Assembly: GCA_964291315.2 (NCBI GenBank)
Contig: OZ219753.1
Coordinates: forward strand, 1,184,001-1,248,000
Direction: 5' to 3'
Length of the DNA: 64,000 nt
Source: Candidatus Poribacteria bacterium
Lineage (GTDB): Bacteria > Poribacteria > WGA-4E > WGA-3G
Below the pieces are notes generated by a model. That model was not told where the DNA came from, searched no databases, and worked only from the letters and a program-made list of their open reading frames with translations. Each line of letters begins with the position of its first letter. Position 1 is the stretch's first letter. The position numbers and the translations under genes were made by a program. Shown here piece after piece: positions 57,190 to 64,000 of the stretch.

Positions 57190-60100
57190 TTAGACAAAAT
57201 CTGTATATGAGGTGCGGTGCTTGTTCCCACGTATTGTCCGATTGCTGGGTTTGATAGAATTTTCGCCAAATAATTGTTCTACTTCTTCAATAACTGTCGG
57301 TTTATGAGCGACCCTGTATTTTTGAGCACACTGCGCAATAACTTGGCCATAGCGAGGTGTCATGAGACGCAAAATTAAGTCGTTATCTCCGCTATTATCA
57401 CTTGCGATTTCCCGGAGTGCCTCCAATTTCCCACTATTTTCAAGGTCCACCTCAGGAATCGTTACTTCAAGCGCGGAAGTCTGTTTTTCGATAACAGATT
57501 CAATATCTACGATGCTGTCAGCTTGTATCTGACGTTGCTCTCTTTGGTTTTCGTCCTCACTCTTTCGATTCCTGCTGTTTTGACTGACTTTCCCTCGAAT
57601 CCAAATCACCCGATCCTCGACGAGATCGCCTGCAGTTTTGTAGGCTTCAGGAAAAACGACGACCTCCACTGAACCTTCCAGATCCTCGAAACCGATCACC
57701 GCCATCCGTTCTCCTTTCTTTGTAGTAAGGTTTTTAACCTCTGTTATCATACCTACCACGAAAACTTCTGCATCAATCGGATGTTCAATGAGGGTTTGCG
57801 TACTCGTGCTTGTATAGTACTCAATGATGTCGCTATATTCTTCAAGAGGGTGTCCAGTAACGTAGAAGCCGAGGTGTTCTTTTTCCTGCTTGAGTCGTTC
57901 TAAAGGCTCGTATTCCGGGACATCAGTGATCATGGAAGTTATCGGCTGAGCCTCTGCTGCATCACCGAAAAGACTCATTTGTCCCCGATCGCGTTCTGCT
58001 TGTGCACTTTGGGCTGCCTTCATGATACTCTCTAAGTTCATCAGGTGCTGGGCGCGGTGTCCTTCGAGTGAATCAAATGCACCGCTCATAATTAAATTTT
58101 CAACAGCCCGCTTGTTAACCTGTTTAAGATCCACACGTTCGCAGAAATTTTCTAACGAAGTGAACAAACCGCCCTCGTCCCGCGCGTCTACAATGGCGTC
58201 TATCACACTATCACCGACTCCTTTTACGGCAACAAGCCCAAAGCAGACGTCATTGCCGTTCACCGTGAATTCCCTGTTGCTGCTATTGACATCGGGGGGT
58301 AAAAGATTGATCTCTACATCCAGAAAATCGGCAAGTTTTTTACATTCTGCCCGGTAACGCGTGATTTTTGATGAATCGCCAGCTTCTCCCGTCATCAGTG
58401 CTGCTAGAAATTCGTGCGGGTAATGTGTTTTCAGATACGCCATACGATAGGCTAACATTGAGTAGGCAACGGTGTGTGACTTGTTGAAAGCATAACGGGC
58501 AAAAGGTTCAAGCAGTTCAAATATGTCTTCTGCTTCTTTCTTTCCGATATCGTTTTTCATTGCCCCTTCAATAAATTTCTGACGCTGCGCTTTGAGGAGT
58601 TCCTCATCTTTTTTCCCCATGGCTGAACGAAGTACATCTGCTTCGCCGAGGGTAAAGCCCGCCATATCGCGTGCAATCTGCATCACCTGTTCCTGATATA
58701 CACAGACACCATAGGTGCTTTCGAGTATGCCTTCAATTGACTCATGGATATGGTCGACCGCCTCTGAGCCGTTCTTTCGGTTTATGAACTGTTGCATAAA
58801 ACCGCTCTCGATCGGGCCGGGACGATACAGGGCAGGGATCGCTGAGAATTCATCAAAAGTATCAGGCCTGAGATCCGTGACGACCCGATACATCCCCGGC
58901 GAAGCATCCAATTGGAACAAGCCGTTAATCAGCCCTTTACTGATCAGCGCGTAAGTTTCTTCGTCGTCAAAAGGAATATCTTCTAACTCTATCTCCTTAC
59001 CGTGGATCACCTTAATCATCTGCAGACAATCATACGTTTCTGTCAAACTTCGCAGCCCGAGAGAATCAAACTTAACGATCCCGACATCTTCAACAGTTTT
59101 ACCTTCAAATTGTGATGCGACCTGATCGTGTTTATCCTTGAACAGCGGGACATAATTGGTTAGCGGGCCGTTTGAAATAACAATCGCAGACGCATGGCAC
59201 GAAACATGACGTTTCATTCCCTCGACGGCTTTGCTGAGATCCATCAATTCTCTATTTTCTGGACGATCAGCGAGGTCCTGAAATTCCGGTTCCTTTTCCA
59301 AGGCCTCCTCAATCGTGATTCCGGGGGTATTAGGGATAAGGCGGGTTAACGTTTTGACATTTTCGAGTGGCACCTCAAGGGCGCGCCCGACATCCGCTAT
59401 AGCGGCTTTCGCACCCAGCGTTGCAAAAGTAGCGACTTTACCCACGGAATCTTCACCGTACTTTTCTCTAAGATAATTGATAACGGGCTCACGGGCCCGG
59501 TCCGCGAAATCAATATCGATATCGGGCGGGCTGATACGTTCAAGATTTAAGAACCGTTCAAAGAGGCAGTCGTAGTCCATCGGATTGAAAGTGATTACGT
59601 CAAGGGCATACAGCACAAGACTACTGGCAGCAGAACCCCGAGCCGAGAGCGGATACCCATGCTTATGCGCATATTTAACGTAATCCCACACAATAAGGAA
59701 GTAACCCGAATAGTCAGTTTTACTAATAATATCGAGCTCGTAATCCAACCGTTGGCAGATATTCTCCGGCAGTTCGCCACCATATCTCTCCCGTAAGTTT
59801 TTATAACAGATTTCTTTGAGAAAGCTATCGTTCGTATGGCCTGCCGGAACTTCGTATTCAGGCATCAGGTTCTTGCCGTAATCAAGTTTAAGGTCACACC
59901 GGTTAGCTATTTCGAGCGTGTTGCTAATGGCTTCTGGCGGATAGCCCTTCAATACTTCCCGCATTTCATCAACATTTTTAAAGTAGAAGTGATTGTCAAA
60001 CCGTAGGCGTTGCTGGTCGTTGACAGTTTTCTTCGTTTGGATACAGAGGAGGACATCGTGCATCTGATGGTCGGACTTGCGGAGGTAGTGACAATCGTTT

Positions 60101-60711
60101 GTTCCCACGAGCGGAAGGTTGAACTCTTTTGCCAAATCCACCATTATTGGATATGCCTCAAGCTCCTTGTCAATGTAATGATTTTGCACTTCAACATAGA
60201 GGTTCCGCTTGCCCATTATTTCTACTAATGTTTTGAAGTTTTGGATCCCCTCCTCTCGTCTATTTGAACAGACGAGTTGCGGCACCTGCCCTTGGATGCA
60301 CCCGGTCAGTGCGATGATTCCATGGTGATACTCGCGCAGGATCTCCATGTCAATGCGCGGCTTGCTATAGAAGCCTTCTGTATAGCCGAGCGATGTCAAT
60401 TTTAAGAGGTTTTGATAACCGGTTGCATCTTCCGCGAGCAGTGTCAAATGATAGGGACCGCCTTGTTCTTTCCTGCGTGTCTTCCTATCTCCAGGTGCTA
60501 CATATACCTCACATCCGACGATTGGCTTGACACCTGCTTTCTTAGCTTTATCATACAATTCCCATGCGCCGAACATGTTGCCATGATCGGTGAGAGCAAC
60601 GGCGGGGGCACTATTTTCGACAGCCCAATCTACCATATCGGCGATACGACACGCTCCATCCAGCATGCTATACTCGCTATGATTATGTAGATGAACAAAT
60701 TCTGTGGCCAT
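57190..60711 (-). CDS. dnaE: DNA polymerase III alpha subunit
   Basis: PHP domain HLHNHSEYSMLDGA, RGSAASS, PDIDIDF, YAFNKSH, OB fold; no intein evident. Confidence 0.97.
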   Translation of the reverse strand: MATEFVHLHNHSEYSMLDGACRIADMVDWAVENSAPAVALTDHGNMFGAWELYDKAKKAGVKPIVGCEVYVAPGDRKTRRKEQGGPYHLTLLAEDATGYQNLLKLTSLGYTEGFYSKPRIDMEILREYHHGIIALTGCIQGQVPQLVCSNRREEGIQNFKTLVEIMGKRNLYVEVQNHYIDKELEAYPIMVDLAKEFNLPLVGTNDCHYLRKSDHQMHDVLLCIQTKKTVNDQQRLRFDNHFYFKNVDEMREVLKGYPPEAISNTLEIANRCDLKLDYGKNLMPEYEVPAGHTNDSFLKEICYKNLRERYGGELPENICQRLDYELDIISKTDYSGYFLIVWDYVKYAHKHGYPLSARGSAASSLVLYALDVITFNPMDYDCLFERFLNLERISPPDIDIDFADRAREPVINYLREKYGEDSVGKVATFATLGAKAAIADVGRALEVPLENVKTLTRLIPNTPGITIEEALEKEPEFQDLADRPENRELMDLSKAVEGMKRHVSCHASAIVISNGPLTNYVPLFKDKHDQVASQFEGKTVEDVGIVKFDSLGLRSLTETYDCLQMIKVIHGKEIELEDIPFDDEETYALISKGLINGLFQLDASPGMYRVVTDLRPDTFDEFSAIPALYRPGPIESGFMQQFINRKNGSEAVDHIHESIEGILESTYGVCVYQEQVMQIARDMAGFTLGEADVLRSAMGKKDEELLKAQRQKFIEGAMKNDIGKKEAEDIFELLEPFARYAFNKSHTVAYSMLAYRMAYLKTHYPHEFLAALMTGEAGDSSKITRYRAECKKLADFLDVEINLLPPDVNSSNREFTVNGNDVCFGLVAVKGVGDSVIDAIVDARDEGGLFTSLENFCERVDLKQVNKRAVENLIMSGAFDSLEGHRAQHLMNLESIMKAAQSAQAERDRGQMSLFGDAAEAQPITSMITDVPEYEPLERLKQEKEHLGFYVTGHPLEEYSDIIEYYTSTSTQTLIEHPIDAEVFVVGMITEVKNLTTKKGERMAVIGFEDLEGSVEVVVFPEAYKTAGDLVEDRVIWIRGKVSQNSRNRKSEDENQREQRQIQADSIVDIESVIEKQTSALEVTIPEVDLENSGKLEALREIASDNSGDNDLILRLMTPRYGQVIAQCAQKYRVAHKPTVIEEVEQLFGENSIKPSNRTIRGNKHRTSYTDFV

Positions 60712-60921
60712 GCTTCCTCCAATGTTTAAGTTTAATGAATACGATTTTTTAAACGAATTGAATTATGAAATCGATAGCATTATACCAAAAATACGGCAGA
60801 ATTTCCATAATAAATTTTAAAAAGCTGTCAGTCTTCAGTCATCCGTAAAGAAAGAAGTGATGTATCTAAAGTTGCTCAGTTACCGGCTGCCAGCCGCTCA
60901 CGGCTAATCGCTGCTTTTAAG

Positions 60922-60951
60922 TTGACATCTGCTGATTACATCTGCTACAAT
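60922..60951 (+). promoter_or_regulatory. Promoter of MFS gene with overlapping 9-bp direct repeat
   Basis: TTGACA-18 nt-TACAAT with extended TG; ACATCTGCT at 60925-60933 and 60938-60946. Confidence 0.5.
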
Positions 60952-61056
60952 AAACAGGATTACGTTCTAAAATCGCTTCGGATCGCATCTGTAGAAGGCG
61001 ATCCAAGAGCATAGGAAGGTATAAACGCTTCATTGCGGATTTTCACGCCCAATTAG

Positions 61057-62271
61057 ATGGAAAAATCAAGACTTTTTTTGCTGTTCCTAACCCTGTTTTT
61101 TGTTATGCTTGGGTTTGGCATCATCATTCCAAATCTCGCTTATTACGCCCAAGATGTCGGCGCAACCCCCACTGAAATTGCCATATTGATGTCGATCTAT
61201 GCCGGAATGCAACTCCTCTTTGCCCCTATCTGGGGCAGGTTGTCGGACACACACGGTCGAAAACCCGCAATTCTGCTGGGCCTGCTTGGAAACGCTTTTG
61301 CCTTGATCGGGTTCGGAATAGCGAAAGATTACGTGTGGCTCCTTATTGCACGCGGCGCGGCGGGCATCGCTTCGGCAGCGGTAATGCCGACCACCATGGC
61401 CTATGTTGCCGATGTAACTACATCTGAGGAGCGCGGTAAAGGCATGGGATTGATGGGTGCTGCGATGGGACTCGGTTTTATCCTTGGCCCAGCGATCGGC
61501 GGTATCATGGGCAGCCACAATACTCCGTTTTTTGTCGCAGGTGCTATCTCTGTCTTAAATTTTCTTTTTGTCCTCGGATTATTACCGGAATCGCTACAGG
61601 AAATTAGAACCAATGAACCTCGGGAAAAGCATCACGAATGGGTATCTCCACACCAAATATTCCAGTGGGCGACTCTGAAGTCGCCTTTCAACTCGCTTTT
61701 TCTCGTCGCATTTTTCTCGACCTTCAGTTTTGCAGGATGGGAGGTGATCTTCCCGCTTTTCATTGAAGAAGGGTGGGACTATGGGGAACGAGAGATGGGC
61801 TGGATGTTCATGATCATGGGCGCGATTGTCGCGCCGATCCAGGGCGCGCTGCTCGGCAGATTAATCAACAGATTAGGGGAGCTGCGGATCATTCTTGCTG
61901 GGTTACTTCTCAACGCACTCGGTATAGCACTTTTGCCGAGCGCCTTCTCTATAGCACCTTTGGCTAGTGCCTTCTCTTTTGCGACGCTCACCGTATATAT
62001 TACTATTACCGGCATCGGCAGCCAGCTCATTCGCCCAACAAATACCTCGTGGATTTCCAAGCAAACCCAGATAGGTCAAGGGACCGCTATCGGTATCATG
62101 GATGCCTTTTCAAGTTTAGGACGTATTTTGGGACCGCTTCTCGGCGGTTGGCTTTATGAGAAAGGGGCTCACCCTTACGCTGTTTTGGCAGGCCTCCTGG
62201 CAGTAGCGACGCTATGGCTCTATGTCCCGCTACGCCGGATTAGAAGTGAAGCGTCGAACATTTCACAGTAG
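61057..62271 (+). CDS. MFS transporter, DHA1/TetA-like
   Basis: GRLSDTHGRKP motif A, AYVADVT..EERGK.MG, GFILGPAIGG motif C. Confidence 0.9.
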   Translation: MEKSRLFLLFLTLFFVMLGFGIIIPNLAYYAQDVGATPTEIAILMSIYAGMQLLFAPIWGRLSDTHGRKPAILLGLLGNAFALIGFGIAKDYVWLLIARGAAGIASAAVMPTTMAYVADVTTSEERGKGMGLMGAAMGLGFILGPAIGGIMGSHNTPFFVAGAISVLNFLFVLGLLPESLQEIRTNEPREKHHEWVSPHQIFQWATLKSPFNSLFLVAFFSTFSFAGWEVIFPLFIEEGWDYGEREMGWMFMIMGAIVAPIQGALLGRLINRLGELRIILAGLLLNALGIALLPSAFSIAPLASAFSFATLTVYITITGIGSQLIRPTNTSWISKQTQIGQGTAIGIMDAFSSLGRILGPLLGGWLYEKGAHPYAVLAGLLAVATLWLYVPLRRIRSEASNISQ

Positions 62272-62338
62272 CTATTTCTATCTTCGAAGACCGGAGTTCC
62301 AGGGCGCATCAGCTCTCCCGTATTTGCTATATCATCTC

Positions 62339-64000
62339 TCAGCGCAGCGGCGGTAGTCGGTGCTCCACGCGGCGCGTGTTGTATTTACGACGATATTCTT
62401 GATGTGCTTCATCGTTCGGATACTGTTCAGTTCCCGGATACGGATAGGCAGACATTCCATGAAAGGGTAGCGGTTCAACTGTTTGCGATGTAAGCGTATT
62501 GATGTCACCATCTTTATCCCATCCGTTACTATACAAGATAAAGTCGCGCACCCAACCCGGCTTCAATGCGGGGAGGCGCACAGCGTCAAATTCCACCGTG
62601 ATTTCGTCCCCCGCATTGAGGATAACATACATGTCGTCGACTTCCTGCAACAGAGGAGTGACATCGCCGTAACGGGTGTAATATCCAGCCAGATCACGCC
62701 ACTGGCCTGCTGTTGTTACCTTTTGATAATCGAATAAGTGCGGGGCATGACGGTTCGGCCGGTACATCTCGGAGAAACCACGGTAGTGCAGATCCGCGCT
62801 ATCCGGATTCAAAGTCGTCATCTCCATCGGCACGGATTGTTCTCCAACCGTGAAAAATGTCATATCCCAGTAAATCTGCATATCGGTTTCAATCCGAACG
62901 CGTCGATCATCCGATAGGAATTTGCCTGTCAGGTCAACCGTAATCGTCTTGTTTTTTCCTGCGGGTATCCCTATCATATCTATAACGGTCGTCCACTTCC
63001 CCGTTTTGTCCTTCACTGCGACTGAAGGGAAACGTGGATTAATCCGTGGATTCTGCGATAGAGCGATATTGATACTTGTGTCGGTCGGAAAAATCCAACC
63101 TGTGAGGAAAAGCGTCACAGGTGCTTTATTTGGGATATCTCCGAGGTCAAGAATAATAGCATGTGGTTCGACAATCCCTTGATAGGTGCCGGCCGCGTGT
63201 TCAATAGCATAATCGTAATCAAACGCCTTTAAGGCATCGGATACATCTTCACCGTGATGGTTGACGGCTGACTTCGGATACCGCTTCTCGGCGACACTAT
63301 AGACCTTGAATTCTGCAAACGGCGGCGGTATATACTGTTCATCTACAAAGATATCGGTGTTTGCAGGATGATCAACCGCAATTAGTTTCACTTCGTCAAA
63401 ATAGGCGGTTTCCCACAATTCCTCGGTAATTTGAATAGAATATTTGCCCGATTTCGGTTGGAGCTGTTCTCCGGATATTTTCACGAAGTCCCGTGTTTCG
63501 TCAGGTGCGACAAACCCCATTGATGTGACAAGCCCCAAAGGTGCGCGCCAAAGCAGATCGGTAACGAATTCATACCGATTACCGTTGTAGACGTATAGGA
63601 ACGGGCAGGAACCCTTCAAAACCTGTTTCTCCAGAATTCGCTGTCTTGCCTGCGGGGTAACGACATTCTGTGGTACCCCATTTGTCCAGACAACCCGGAC
63701 GACATCTGCAGCGTCAAATGTTCCCAACCCGAAGTGCGACATCTGTTTGGATACGTACCGCAATTGATACAGTTCACCGACTTTCACCTCTAACTTCGAT
63801 CCGATAGCATCTTTATTGACTTTGTTGTTTCCCGCGATGAGGCCCTCCAGCCGGACCTGTATCCAGTTGTTTTGATTCCCACCGTTGTTTTGCAGCGCGC
63901 GCAGTTGTCGGTCGGCGTTAACAAAAAAGAGGTCAAGATCGCCATCGTTGTCATAGTCACCCACTGCCCCCGCAATAGCATTCTTGAGAAGTACTTCGTC
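62339..64000 (-). CDS. FG-GAP/CRTAC1 ASPIC-UnbV domain protein, 5'-truncated by window edge
   Basis: GDYDNDGDLDLF, NKDAIGSKLEV, HFGLG, VRVVWTNGVPQ, KGSCPFLY. Confidence 0.85.
   Translation of the reverse strand, partial: DEVLLKNAIAGAVGDYDNDGDLDLFFVNADRQLRALQNNGGNQNNWIQVRLEGLIAGNNKVNKDAIGSKLEVKVGELYQLRYVSKQMSHFGLGTFDAADVVRVVWTNGVPQNVVTPQARQRILEKQVLKGSCPFLYVYNGNRYEFVTDLLWRAPLGLVTSMGFVAPDETRDFVKISGEQLQPKSGKYSIQITEELWETAYFDEVKLIAVDHPANTDIFVDEQYIPPPFAEFKVYSVAEKRYPKSAVNHHGEDVSDALKAFDYDYAIEHAAGTYQGIVEPHAIILDLGDIPNKAPVTLFLTGWIFPTDTSINIALSQNPRINPRFPSVAVKDKTGKWTTVIDMIGIPAGKNKTITVDLTGKFLSDDRRVRIETDMQIYWDMTFFTVGEQSVPMEMTTLNPDSADLHYRGFSEMYRPNRHAPHLFDYQKVTTAGQWRDLAGYYTRYGDVTPLLQEVDDMYVILNAGDEITVEFDAVRLPALKPGWVRDFILYSNGWDKDGDINTLTSQTVEPLPFHGMSAYPYPGTEQYPNDEAHQEYRRKYNTRRVEHRLPPLR

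Noticed and set aside
57190-60711. Intein in DnaE
   Set aside because: Length (1173 aa) and motif order are normal, with no intein-like insertion.

Overview
Bacterial chromosomal window, almost all genes on the + strand. Gene content suggests Candidatus Poribacteria or a relative (inference): lamin-tail proteins, a shared C-terminal 'KLxxxWxxLK' motif, DUF1549/DUF1553, sulfatase and FGE-fold proteins, and a fused glyQS. Housekeeping genes are phoH-ybeY-corC-like, tRNA-Pro(CGG), recO, fused glyQS, murQ, accA, ggt, acnA and dnaE. Three accessory signals stand out. (1) A putative defence island at ~8.1-14.6 kb: a DUF6978-like/DUF1828-like pair, an McrA-like HNH nuclease, and a fused restriction-methyltransferase plus specificity subunit with a HEPN-like gene wedged between them. 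(2) Three non-catalytic FGE/C-type-lectin domains at 47.2-50.7 kb. Their C-terminal ~130 nt differ almost only at positions that would be adenines in an AAC/AAT/ACG-rich template, the footprint of diversity-generating retroelement (DGR) mutagenesis. Both gene ends are followed by a conserved, covarying hairpin built from GTAG-REP-like sequence. No reverse transcriptase or template repeat is visible in the window, so these look like remote (trans) DGR targets. (3) Three unrelated secreted proteins share a short C-terminal motif that may be an uncharacterised sorting signal. Several long structured leaders are also noted. All family assignments come from motif recognition by eye, not database searches.
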